Shown: positions 36,555-54,050, counted from the first letter of the whole stretch. The stretch is DNA of 60,509 bases, filler included, from Sphacelaria rigidula (GCA_964200075.2; 8 parts of 8 records of this genome joined end to end with filler, not necessarily neighbours in it), one strand, 5' to 3'. The notes: a model not told the origin generated them from the sequence alone. Numbers and translations are program-made.

Positions 36555-37431
36555 ACGCGTGCCCGCTGGGCGCNNNNNNNNNNCGCGGCGGAGGAGGGAG
36601 GGGCAACAAAAACCGCCATGCCCCCCATCTTTCCCCGGGCGTCGTCGGAGCGGGCGACCCCCCCCCCCCCCCCCCTCTCGGATTCCCCATGAAGGGTTGG
36701 CATCGATTGGCAACGCCACTTACTGCTAAGCTGCGGAACCAGGTTATCGTTTTTTCTTCTCTCTTGGATCTTGTTACGGTAACCATGGTCGTGGTCAAGT
36801 TAGATCATAGTGTGCGGGGTGAGAGAACCTCATCTCCGCGCAAAAGGAATGAACGTACTAGTCAGTGTTTATATGGTGAGACACCCATGAGGCAATGTGG
36901 AACCCGTGGATGTCTCTGGAAGTGACGAGAAAAAAAAAAAAAACTCATTGTAGGCTGTCATCAATACGCAAGATCATTAGTACGATTCGGGCCAAACAAT
37001 CTTAGCAGGATGCAGCTTACCCGTCATGCAACTCGCCGAACACGCCACGGCGCTTCGCGCTTGGTGATCGAGTGCGAGCCTGGTCCGGCGAAAACCCGGC
37101 GTGCTGCGCCCCGGTTTTGTAGGGATGCGAGGTCAATGGTCCTATGACTAGGGCATGCAATATCATGACCACACCCCCTCGGATGTAGTCAACAGTGAGG
37201 AAAACGTGATTAGAAAAACTTTTTCTTCCCGTTTGTCCACAAGTACACGCAATTGGACCACGACTTCACCACAAAGTGAACATCTATACACCAGCAACTC
37301 ACAATCGACAAGGTTTACTGCGTCGGTTCTTGTGGCGGGCCGGACCGTTTGGCGAAAATGATACCGCTGGATCTTGACTTGGAGTCGGACGGATTCCAAA
37401 ATACCTCGCATGTTGTCCTCGTCCAACTTTG
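31979..37431 (-). CDS. SMP (synaptotagmin-like mitochondrial lipid-binding/TULIP) domain protein, 5'-partial
   Basis: Phase-consistent GT-AG exons (minus strand): 37431-37346, 36769-36724, 36169-36048, 35456-35285, 34729-34693, 34307-34243, 33622-33432, 33131-31979. The joined peptide has SMP-type motifs: EKTITWFRSLA, LPSDVSWVGLGKVTLGPTPPKVRYVRV, VVYLEMGVDW, PYVKRLWLSLSEPPRTHLSLEALHGMDLANLPVL, VLPITEPKHLAL. A ~380-aa low-complexity tail follows. Confidence 0.85.
34432..34620. repeat. (CATACACA)n microsatellite and degenerate GGATTATGACAC repeats (intronic)
   Basis: Directly visible. Confidence 0.8.
35069..35215. repeat. Palindromic repeat element with 30-bp hairpin (35101-35163); relatives at ~3690-3770 and ~54075-54150
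   Basis: GAAGTATAGGCCTACTGCAGCTTTTGTCGA-CTC-TCGACAAAAGTTGCAGTAGGCCTATACTTC (1 mismatch). The motif AGTATAGGCCTA(T/C)TGCA also occurs in contigs 1 and 8. Confidence 0.8.
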
Positions 37432-38571
37432 CTGTACCAATAGACACACCCGCACGCACCGAGACAGAAATGGCTCGATTCCCAGAGGAGCTGTGAGCAG
37501 CATTACTACGGCCACAACTTCGGGCGAGACGGTTTACTTCCATGTGTCCGATATGTAAAGTACATCCTGCAATACCATCCGCATAAAACTGATCTAGTTT
37601 ATGGCTGTATTACATAATAAATGTGAAATCCTTCGCACACCCAATCTTGAACGCCGTGATAACGCACAGCGACGACAGAAACACACAGGGTTGAAAGGGG
37701 GGGGGGGGGGGGGGGAGACATAACACTGCCGCACAGGGAGGGGGGGAAGGAGATTGAGTGCGTGCGTGGTAGTATAAAAACNNNNNNNNNNNNNNNNNNN
37801 NNNNNNNNNNNNNNNNNNNNNNNNNTTAATTAATTAANNNNNNNNNNNNNNNNNNNNNNNNNNNNNNNNNNNNNNNNNNNNCGGCAAGGCTACTGACGAA
37901 GCTGTTGGCCGCTCCCTTGGTGGACAGCAGGAGGACGCTGAAGAGCTGCCTGTTGTAGCCATCCCAAGCGTCCAGATCTGTTTGGTTGCTGATCGTCGTA
38001 TCGGCGAAGAGGTCGTCGGTAGGGACTGTTGACGCGGGAATTTCCGCGGAGCGCCCGCCGGGCAGGCCGCCCTCAACTCCGCTGGCCTCGGTTCCTCCGG
38101 TCCTTCCGGAGTCAGCTCTGGCGCCGGTGTCGCCCCCTGAGCCTCTTGTCCTGCGGGTTGAGACGGCTGAGGTGGTCGCAGTCCTCTGCAGAGTCCTGCG
38201 CTCGTAGGTGACGGCGGATCGAGGCTCGCCGTCCAGAATCCGAGAAATTTCGGGATGAAGAAGGTCAGCCGTTGCGCGGAGTGTCCTCCGCCACGGCACG
38301 AAGTGGTGACCATCGAACTTGCTGATATTCTTGATGAGTTGAATAGCCGCCGAAGTGGACTCTCCGATGATAGGCACTGGCGGTTGAACTAGAAGTAGTC
38401 GAAGGTGGAGATGATATCTCGTCGAAATTATTCTAGACGAAAATCTCCGGAGAATTGCGGTGATCCTCGGAGGTGCTCCCTCGGAGGTGCTCCCTCGGAG
38501 GATGCGGCTTGAAGTGACGGGCCTAGAAGAACGTCGATGCGGTGTGCTGATCACGATCGAGGCTCATAACC

Positions 38572-39083
38572 TGAAAGAACGAGGTAGTTCTTGATATGGC
38601 GTGATATCTCAAGGAGATGCACAGAGCCAGCACGAAGTGGCGGTAAAGCACACTTGCTTGTCGAAAAGACTGATGTTGCAAATTGGCGCTCATGTGGCCG
38701 AAAATCTCAATGAAGAGAGTGAAGAAGAAAAAGAGAGTGAGAGGGTGTGGGGGCAACCCACAAGTACCCTCGAATCAATGCGCTACGCCTAAGTTCTTAC
38801 TTATGAGAGTATTCTTACTTATGAGAATCTTCTAATAAGAATCTTCTTTCTTATGAGAATACTCTTACTTATGATAACCCTACGACTTTACATTAACCCG
38901 ACAGAACTCTGGAACAAAGTAATGAGAATCCTAGAACTTTACATTAACCCGACAGAGACGGAAGCTCCGCTAACAATCTTAGAGCAGTTGCAATCCTCTG
39001 AGGATGCGGAAGTTGTACTGCTACTTACCCGATATGAGCGACTATCGAAATAAGAGACCAATAACAAATCTGTTGTTCTAACA
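38572..39083 (-). repeat. LTR (512 bp), shared between copia units B and C
   Basis: Minus strand TGTTAGAAC...GTTCTTTCA, preceded by purine-rich GCGGGGGCG (PPT) and followed by PBS GGTTATGAGCC (38571-38561). Confidence 0.92.
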
Positions 39084-39373
39084 CGCCCCCGCGATGGAAG
39101 CCGAAGTGCGCCCCCGTGATGGAAGCTTTCTACAGAGAAGGTTGAACAGGCACGCTGACAACTATCATTGACGATGTCCTGACCGTCCGAAGAAAAGAAG
39201 GAAAGGCGAAGCAAAAGCAAAGTATGCTCATATTGCAGCCGTCGTTATGCTAAATACACAAAAAGGAAACCGTTGATACAGTCCGCTAAGTAAGTAGTCC
39301 AAGCTAAACCATCCTGGTAATCCAAGAAAAGCAAACAAAAAAGTAGAACCGCGAAGAAAAGCTGTGGAATTCC

Positions 39374-42300
39374 TCAAGTTGAAAAGTGGTGACGTGGTAG
39401 CTTGCCCTGCTGGAGGTCCGGTCCCCTGAGGATGGCCGCAAGCATCTCCGTGAAGAGGGGCCTAGCTAGGAACGTGGTGAGGATGTCGCTGAGCTGACCC
39501 TTCGTGGAGACGTGGTCGATGATAATCTTGTCGTCGGTGATCCAATCGCGAAGGCTGGCGAACCTGATCGCGAGGTGTTTGCTCCTGCTGCTGTACGAGC
39601 CTTGTCCCGCGAGTAGCAGGGCGCCCTTGTTGTCGCAAAATATGCGGGCGCTGCAGAAGGTCCTCCATCCGAGCTGTCCGAGGATACCACACAGGTAAAT
39701 GCCTTGTTTTGCGCAAGAGCTCATGGCAATCAGCTCCGCTTCGGTGGTAGATTGGGCTGAGATTTTCTAAACGCTAGCTGAGAAGTGTATGACACCCCCA
39801 GCAAGGAAGTAGATGCTCCCCGATGTAGACCTAGCCTTCTCCGGGTTGCCCGTGCCGTAAGAGGCATCACAGAACCCAGTGAGTTCGAAGCTGCTGTTCC
39901 GGCTGTAGGTGATGCAAATGTCAGGGGTGCCGTGCAGGTATCGCAGAATGCGTTTCACGGCCCCATGTGTACTGAGATTGGCGGGTGCCGCCTGTGACAC
40001 TGCGAAGCAGATGTCCACGCGGGTACATTGGCACAGGAAGATGAGGGACCCCACGATGCTCTGGTAGTCGAGAGTGTCATCCTTGTCGAGCGGTACGCTG
40101 CCTTCGGGCTCCGCGGTCAGCTCGTTGCCGATTCCAGGCGTGTGTACTGCGTTGCAGTCGGACATGCCGCACTTTTGCAGTGGCGACATTACGTGGGGCC
40201 CTTGGCTGATGCTGATGGTGCCTAGCTGCTTGTCCTGGATGATATCGATCCCCAAGATTTTAGTGGCGTCGCCAAAATCCGTCATAGAAAACTTGTCCAT
40301 GAGTGTTTTTCGGAGTTTGGCCACGATTGCTGAGTTGGGTCCCGTGATGAGGAGGTCGTCCACGTACATAGTGAGCATGATGTAGTCATCTCCGCTGCCC
40401 TTGACGTATACGCACGCGTCGGTCACGGTCGGTTCGAAGCCGAGTGCTCGCAGATCGCCGTCGATGGTGCTGTTCCACGCTTTTGGTGACTGCCGCAGCC
40501 CGTAGATAGGCTTGTGCAGCTTCATGATGAACGGTCGCCCCCGCGAGTTCTTCTTTTCGAACCCCGGCGCCTGCCGCATGTAGACTTCTTCCTCGAGCTT
40601 CCCGTTGAGAAATGCTGTTGAGAAGTCCATGGCTGAGACGCTCCATCCGTTGGCAGCGGCGATGGCAAGAAGGAGGCGTTGACTCTCGATCCGGCAGACC
40701 GGCGCAAACGTGCTGCCGCAGTCTATGCCGTGCCTCTGCGACCAGCCCGTTCCGACGACTCTGCCTTTGAATCGCCCATCCGTTTTTACCTTGAACACCC
40801 AGCGTGAGCCGATGATGTTATGGCCTGGAGGAACTGCTTCCGGAGGGACCAACTCGAAAACCTGGAGGTCGATGAGGCTCTGGTGCTCCTTCCGGGCGGC
40901 CATCAGTCATTCCGCAGGATGAGGCGAGGCCATTGCCTCCTTAAAGCTGCTGGGTACAGGGATGGCCCCTGGAGTAGTGACCTTGTGTAGCCCCACAACG
41001 CCGATGTAGTGACTCACTTGTTGCATAAGCGAGTACGGCTCTTGGCGTGTAGCGAAGTACACGGCAAGCGCCATCTGGTGTAGCGCCCGCGCTTGGTTCA
41101 GGCCGGAGGGAGAAAAATTTCTTGTGGCGGTAGCCGCGGGTTTCGGAGATGGGGATGTTGCCGCGAAGAGCCGAGCGGTGAATCATTTGAGTCGCCTGCT
41201 GCGTCCAAATTGCTGATGCCGGTGAAAAGGCGGTCGTTGGTGTTGTCGTTGATGATGTCGATACTGCCATCGGCACTGTTGCTGTCCAGCGCGAAGTCCT
41301 CATGAATTGGGTCGTCGCTGTAATCTTGCCCCCGGGCGCCGGTTGTGGTGCGAACAGCGATCGGCAGCGTCTCTATGAAAGTGACGTTGCGGGTGCTGAT
41401 GATCTGCCCTGTGTGGCGGTCGTAGATTCGGTAGGTAGGCTTGTCGTTGTCGTAGCCGATGAGAACTCCTTCGCGCGCCCTAGGATCTAGCTTGCGTAGA
41501 TGCCCCTCATGGTGGACGAAGGCGCGCGCTCCGATGGTGCGCAGAAAGGATAGATCGGTGTGCTTGCCGAACATCCTGTAGTAGGGGGTGTTTCCGCCGA
41601 TAGTCTTGTTCGGCAGGAGCTTCAGGAGAAAACCCGCAGTGGCCGCCATTTCCCCCCAGAGGGACTTTGGGAGGGCTGCGCCGTTGAGAAGGCACCGGGC
41701 CACGTCCATGATTGTGCGCCCGTCGCGCTCGCTGAGGCCGTTTTGCTCCGGCGTATTGGGCGAGCTGAACTGTTGGACGATCGCGGTGGTCTTGCAGTAC
41801 TCGCGGTAGTAGCCGACGATAAACTCTCCACCACCGTCGGCCCGTAGGTGCTGAATTCGGAGTCCCAGCGGCATAGCCAAGTCTTGCACAAACTTGACGA
41901 GCGTTGTGAGTGCTTCGTCCTTGGTGGAAATGAAGTAGACGGCTTTGAAGTTGCTGTAGTGGTTGGAGTACTTGGCCATGTACCTGAAATTCCCACGCGC
42001 CGGGGGCGTCACGGGTCCCAATAGGTCCGTGCTGACCATTTGCAGCCTTTCGGAGATGACGGTTGAAGCCGGCTTGTTCCGAATCGGCTGTCTGACGCCC
42101 TTGTTGATTTGGCAGACCTCGCACGAGGTCAGCGAGCCGGTAAACTGAACACCCGTCTCGGCGATGTCCCGCGCCGCCTGCATAGTGCGCTCGTTGGGAT
42201 GTCCAAGGCGCTGGTGCCACGTGTTTGCCCCCGCCGCCGGCATGGCGGTAGCCGGTTGAACCGGCAAAGGGGTAGTTGAAGTGGCCGGCAACCCCGGCGT

Positions 42301-44330
42301 GGCCGTCAGAGCCGGAGTGTTGCTGTGGAAGCTGTAGGTGCCGCTGTGGCCCCGCTACGAATAAGACGTGAGGCCATTGCTCTTCCGATCGGAAGAGTAT
42401 GTCCAGAGATGACTCTAGTTGGAAAGGCTGCCTCCGCACGGGTCTTGATGGTAGGGGCTAGCTTGAGATCGACATAATCGATAGTGGGGCAGTCGATGTC
42501 CTTTCGAAGTGGAATCTTGAACGGTCCGACGTCCAAGTACGACTGCTTGGCGACACCCGTATTAACCCCCTTGAGTGCTGCCGTACCTCCCGAAAACAGG
42601 TGACGCCCTAGCCCCGGCACATTTATGGCCGGCAGGTAGATGTCGAGGGCCGTGCCGCGGTCGTTGATGGCGCTCACGGTGAGAGTGCCCATGCTGACTC
42701 CGGCGAGAGTGCTGTTGCCGGCGACGATGATCGTCACCGGCGGGTCGACCCGGACGAAGTCGGACATGCGCGATTCGATGTCTTTGATAAGGTGGCTGTC
42801 AACGAAGTGTGACGAAGCTCCGCAGTCCGACGTCATGGTTAACTGGACTGGGTCTGGAGAAGAAGAGCCGGCTGCCAGGAAAGAGTAGTCAATGCCGGAC
42901 GGGGGGACGGTAGATAGGTTGTTATATGGTGTAGTCGTCGCTGACGGCGCGGGCGCAGCCGCTGCCGCTGGCGGTGGAGCCGGGGGTGGAGCTGTTGCTG
43001 TCGTCGTAGAGTCCAAGGTGACAGCCGTGTTGGCCTGTCCTGAGGTCGATCCTCCGCCACTCCAGCGTCCGTTGTTGTTGCTGCGGTTCCGGCCTCCGCC
43101 GCCGTTGCTGCCGCCGTTCCTTTGCCGTTGCTACTTCATGCAGTCGGCGTTGTCGTGGAGATGCATTTTGTGGTAGCTGCACCACCAGTTGCTTCTTCGG
43201 CCAGATGTGGATGACGAGCCGGCGTCGCGATCGCGTTGCAGGATGAAACAGGACGATTTGTTGTGTCCAGGCTTGTTGCAGTAATCGCACGTGCCCCGAA
43301 ACGATGGAGTCGCAGTCATAGCGGACTCGCGCCCTTTTGTGCGCGATGGCGCCGACAATTCGCCGCGCGCCACACGATTGGCGAACATGTTCCGAGCAGT
43401 GGTTTCGACCTCTTCGAACGTCATCTCGGGGTCCCTCTCCGCCGCGAAGTGTCTCGTATTCACCAGTCAGGCCCTCGAGAATGAGGTCCTGCGTGCGGGC
43501 GTCCGATACGGGCTCGTTGATCTGTTCGAGCTCGTCCCGCTTTTGATGCATGGCCAGGATGTACTCGTCCGGGTCTTGATTGGGCGCCATAAGATATTGC
43601 TGGAGACCCCGCATCAAAACGCGCCGTCTTTGTGACGAAGAATTGGGATATTTCTTGTTCAGAGCAACCCACGCAGCTTGGCCGTTGGGCTTTTGGCCCT
43701 CGCGCGTGGCAAGGCTACTGACGAAGTTGTTGGCCGCTCCCTTGGTGGACAGTAGGAGGACGCTGAAGAGCTGCCTGTTGTAGCCATCCCAAGCGTCCAG
43801 ATCTGTTTGGTTACTGATCGTCGTATCGACGAACAGGTCGTCGGTAGGGACTGTTGACGCGGGAATTTCCGCGGAGCGCCCGCCGGGCAGGCCGCCCTCA
43901 GCTCCGCTGGCCTCGGTTCCTCCGGTCCTCCCGGAGTCAGCGCTGGCACCGGTGTCGCCCCCTGAGCCTCTCGTCCTGCGGGTTGAGACGGCTGGGTTGG
44001 TCGCAGTCCTCTGCAGAGTCCTGCGCTCGTAGTTGACGGCGGGTCGAGGTTCGCCGCCCAGAGTCCGAGAAATTTCAGGATGAAGAAGGTCAGCCGTTGC
44101 GCGGAGTGTCCTCCGCCACGGCACGAAGTAGTGACCATCGAACCTACTGATACTCCTGATGAGTTGACAAGCCGCCAAAGTGGACTCTCCCATGATAGGC
44201 ACTGGCGGTTGAACTAGAAGTAGTCGAAGATGGAGATGCTATCTCGTCGAAATTATTCTAGACGAAAATCCCCGGAGAATTGCGGTGATCCTCGGAGATG
44301 CTCCCTCGGAGGATGCGGCTTGAAGTGACG
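39374..44330 (-). pseudogene. Copia gag-pol polyprotein, disrupted by frameshifts and stops
   Basis: Gag (RFDGHYFVPWRR, PNQDPDEYI, knuckle CDYCNKPGHNKSSC plus WCSYHKMHLHDNADC), protease (SDCGASSHF), integrase (WHQRLGH..CEVC, TDLLGP, RADGGGEF, PEQNGLSER), RT (SRWVFKVK, YGLRQSP, MYVDDLLI) and RNase H (FCDASY, FCDNKGA, SKHLAIRF). Confidence 0.95.
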
Positions 44331-44382
44331 GACCTAGAAGAACGTCGATGCGGTGTGCTGATCACGATCGAGGCTCATAACC

Positions 44383-44844
44383 TGAAAGAACGAGGTTGTT
44401 CTTGATGTCGCGTGATATCTCAAGGAGATGCACAGAGCCAGCACGAAGTGGCGGTAAAGCACACTTGCTTGTCGAAAAGACTGATGTTGGAAATTGGCGC
44501 TTATGTGGCCGAAAATCTCAGTGAAGACAGTGAAGAAGAAAAAGAGAGTGAGAGGGTGTGGGGGCAACCCACAAGTACCCTCGGATCAATGCGCTACGCC
44601 TAAGTTCTTACTTATGAGAATATTCTTACTTATGAGAATCCTACGACTATACATTAACCCGACAGAACTCTAGAAAAAAGTCATGAGAATCCTAGAACTT
44701 TACATTGACCCGACAGAGACGGAAGCTCCGCTAACAATCTTAGAACAGTTGCAACCCTCTGAGGATGTGGAAGTTGTACTGCTATTTACCCGATATGAGC
44801 GACTATCGAAATAGGAGACCAATAACAAATATGTTGTTCTAACA
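44383..44844 (-). repeat. LTR (462 bp), shared between copia units A and B
   Basis: Same termini, PPT and PBS (44382-44372). It is 50 bp shorter than the other LTR, mainly through fewer TTCTTACTTATGAGA minisatellite copies. Confidence 0.92.
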
Positions 44845-45788
44845 CGCCCCCGCGATGGAAGCCTATATCGATGAATGCTACGAAGTGCGCCCCCGTGATG
44901 GAAGCTTTCTACAGAAAAGGTTGAACAGGCACGCTGACGAATATTATTACCGATGTCCTGACCGTCCGAAGAAAAGAAGGAAAGGCGAAGCAAAAAACAA
45001 AGTATGCTCATAATGTAGTCGTCGTTACGCTACATACACAAAAAAGGAAACCGTTGATACAGTCCGCCAAGTAAGTAGTCCAAGCTACACCATCCTGGCA
45101 ATCCAAGAAAACCCAACAAAAAAGTAGAACCGCGAAGAAAAGCTGTGGAATTCCTCAAGTTGAAAAGTAGTGACGTGGTAGCTTGCCCTGCCGGAGGTCC
45201 GGACCCCTGAGGATAGCCGCAAGCATCTCCGTGAAGAGGGACCTAGCCAGGAACTTGGTGAGGATGTCGCTGAGCTGACCCTTCGTGGAGACGTGGTCGA
45301 TGATAATCTTGTCGTCGGTGATCCAATCGCGAAGGCCGGCGAACCTGATCGCGAGGTNNNNNNNNNNNNNNNNNNNNNNNNNNNNNNNNNNNNNNNNNNN
45401 NTTAATTAATTAANNNNNNNNNNNNNNNNNNNNNNNNNNNNNNNNNNNNNNNNNNNNTGGACCAGCGATCGGTTTTGTTCTCTCTTTTGGGCAATCAGAC
45501 CGAAGAAATAGTGAGTTTGGTGATTTTGAGTCGTGATTATTTGTCCTAACTGTAGAAGATTATATATGGATTGATCGGGTGCCCACCATCAAGTGATCCC
45601 TTGAAGTGGCATAAGTAACTTCATTGTGCTGGGATTTCTTTGTTCTTGTCTTTGATGGGGGCGGCGATTCCCGCGTGGGAACTGTGATCGATTTTGAGCT
45701 GTCGCCAAGGGCCTTCTAATGCGGACATTTTCATCGGTGCATCCATGAGTTACGGGCAACAACAAAGTAAATATATAATATATATTTA

Positions 45789-46130
45789 CTTCCTCTGTCC
45801 CATAAGTAAAGGTACCTAAATTTGTACGGGCCCTTAACGAAGTCCGTTTTGTTTTATTTCATGAACTCTACGGTGTTTTTTGGGTGAAGAAAATGTGTTT
45901 AAAACTTGCAGCTCGTGCTTGAACCATGCCGCCGAACGGCTGCAACAAAAGTAGTCGGTCCAAAATGGCCGTTTTTTGCCCCTTAACGACGGGAAACGAA
46001 GTGTCGATTTTTTTTTTTTCAACAGCGTGGGAGAAGGTGGGGGCGATTAAAGGAAAAAAAAATCGACACCCCATTTCATCTTCAACGGGCCGTACAAATT
46101 TAGGTACCTTTACTTGTGGGACAGAGGAAG
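45789..46130. mobile_element. Stowaway/Tc1-mariner-type MITE, 342 bp
   Basis: 41-bp TIR CTTCCTCTGTCCCATAAGTAAAGGTACCTAAATTTGTACGG (1 mismatch) with TA on both flanks. Confidence 0.9.
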
Positions 46131-47381
46131 TATCGGAGCAATCATTTTTAGTGTTGTGCACTTTCGTCGGTACCGACTGCGAGTGCACCCACAAAACGGT
46201 GCGTCAGGGATGATTTTGTGTAAACAGATTTTGACCAATACCTACCCGGTGCTCAATCGCGGGAACACGTTGTATTCAAAACCAAAGAAGATGCTGGTTG
46301 TGCTTTATCATCCTTTCCCCCTGTATTCTTCATACAAGAGTAATTTACGCTGTAGAGCCGTCACAACGCGCTCAGCACGTATGCCAGCGGATGAAGTCAT
46401 GACCCAACGCACACGGGAAGCATATGGTCCGATATTCACACGACGTTATGGACTCTTCTGCGTAAGATGTCCAGAGTGCAATAGGGCACGAGATGTTCAA
46501 GGACAGAAGTCCGCAGAGATCTCTCCGACCCGGGGCAAGCCTGAAGAATCAAGGGTTCCGAATTTCGCAAGAAACGGTTTGGGACGAGACCCACGGGTAG
46601 GCGCTTGTGTTTTACTCCTCCTTTGACGATGAAAACTTTCAGGGGGTGCACGTGTTTCAGAGAACGTCAAAAGACGGCAGCATATTTCGTCTCGATACGA
46701 TGCGGCCCGTACTTGAATACTCAACGCAGTGAGATCGATGTAGTGCAACGAGCCCCTTGATCATCATACTACTAGTGTAATGTAACGGTTCCCTCAAAGA
46801 TGGGTACGAGTGTGCCTCAGGGGGATGGTGGCGATTCATCCAAAGAGTAATGAAGACGAATTTTGGAAAAAAGAAAAAAGGGACAATTCTGACTCGAGTC
46901 ATACTCACGACTAGTTCGAGACAATTGAGAGCAAGTCCCACCGTCAAGAGCCAGAGTCGTTTTGAGGGTCGATGTTTTACGTCCTTTGAAGGTGATGTTT
47001 TGCCCTTGTGCGGAGTCGCTATCGCGGGGGAACCATGTAGCCCCACTACCATCTGGCTTTAGTGTGATTGATGTGCGAGGAATGAGAAATGCACTTGTGA
47101 CCACGAGAGGGGCGGATCGAAGTTGGGCAAAAGGAAAACACTCGCGAAAGTAAAGTGGAGCAAGGGGGAACATGAATGGAGGATGAGAACAACCGGAGCA
47201 AATGTGAAGGAAAAAAAACAGCTTTCAATCGTACGAACAGCAAGAATCCTCGAAACACCTAATTTCAAATCGTCCTGTGCATTGGTGGTCTTCTCTAATA
47301 TCGATTTTCTAGGATTGAGGTGTGCTGTACACTGGTGAGTTTTGACACGATGCTGCTGCTACTGCTGCTGCTATCTTGAAG

Positions 47382-52674
<5,293 letters not shown>

Positions 52675-53127
52675 TCATCTGGCCATGCAGTCATTTTCCA
52701 AGTGAAAGTGATGCTGATTCAACAGATGACCTATGCTCGCAGTCAGAGGGATAAAGACGTGGACGGTTCTGTCTCTAGATTGGCAACGTTCATTTTGCAT
52801 GATGATGGTTATTGGCGCCCTGGGCTTGTACTCTTCTTGCGCCGAAAGTCATACGAGCTGGGCCGGCCTAAAAACGGATTTAAGCTGTAAAAGCAATATC
52901 TCGTCGACACAGACGAGTTGGGCCGTGATCCGCNNNNNNNNNNNNNNNNNNNNNNNNNNNNNNNNNNNNNNNNNNNNTTAATTAATTAANNNNNNNNNNN
53001 NNNNNNNNNNNNNNNNNNNNNNNNNNNNNNNNNGTCAATGGTCAAACGACTAAGGCAAGCAACAAATGAGTACACCCGCCCCCCCCTTTCTCTCCTCGGT
53101 ACGAGTACGAAGTGGTCGACACCCTGG

Positions 53128-54050
53128 ATCAACCCAAGGTAAACGTGCGTGGATGAGCTACGGGTTGGTAGCTCACCCAGGACAAACATGTTCCCTCAGG
53201 GAGGATATGAGCTGATGAGCTTCGGGTTGGTAGCTCACCTATCGCAAACGTGCGTAGCTCATACAGCTCCCATAGCTCACTCAGGGCGAATGTGAGTTGA
53301 TGAGCTACGGGTTGATAGCTCACCCAGGGCAAACATGTGCAGCTCATGTAGCTCTCACTGCTCACCCAGAAAAAACATATGCGGAATTGTGTGTTTGTGG
53401 TTGTGTGTGCGTCTGTGGTGGCTATGATGCGGATGACTTCTCGCTTCTTCTGATGCAGTCATGTTGATCGTTGATGTCTACAACAAGTAAATCCGTCGCT
53501 ACACAAAACGGAACAGGTATGCGCACATTTAACCGTTGTCACGTCGTACAACGTACAATATCAACGTACATGCGCATCGGAACAGAACAGGTCCAAGATC
53601 GGCGTCGCTGCCGTAGCTCTTTGGCTCAACCAGTGCAATAATGCTTGGCTCCCGTCATGCCTCATCCAGGGCAATCATTCGCAGCTCATCTAGCTCTCAT
53701 AGCTCATCCTGGGCAAACGTGTTAAGCTCACGCATCTCTCATGGGTCATCCAGGGCAAATATGTGTAGCTCATGCAGCTCTCATAGCTCATCCTGGACGA
53801 ACATGCGTAGCTCATGCAGCTCTCATAGCTCACCGAGGGCTAATATGAGCTAATGAGCTACGGATTGGTAGCTCGCCTATCGCAAATGTGCGTAGCTCAT
53901 ACAGCTCTCATAGCTCACCCAGGACGAATATGAGAGATGAGCTACGGGTTGGTAGCTCACCCAGGGAACACAGGCGCAGCTCATACAGCTCTCATAGCTC
54001 ACTGGGGAGCTACGCCAAGAAAGAGCTAGCTTGAGCTGTGGGGAGCTGAT
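53128..54050. repeat. AGCT-rich degenerate satellite (two blocks ~53128-53375 and ~53645-54050)
   Basis: Repeated TAGCTCACCCAGG(G/A)CAAAC, AGCTCAT.CAGCTCTCATAGCTCA and TGAGCTACGGGTTGGTAGCTCA motifs. Confidence 0.9.

Larger units (their letters stand above)
37882..45357 (-). mobile_element. Tandem array of Ty1/copia retrotransposons sharing LTRs (end of unit A, full unit B, start of unit C)
   Basis: Minus-strand order: RNase H end (45357-45156), 3'UTR/PPT, LTR (44844-44383), PBS, gag-pol (~44330-39374), 3'UTR/PPT, LTR (39083-38572), PBS, gag again (38554-37882). Period 5811 bp. Confidence 0.95.

Noticed and set aside
39767..39769. Programmed stop read-through or frameshifting in copia pol
   Set aside because: The TAG falls in RNase H where CAG is expected, and several other disruptions exist. 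This fits decay rather than recoding.
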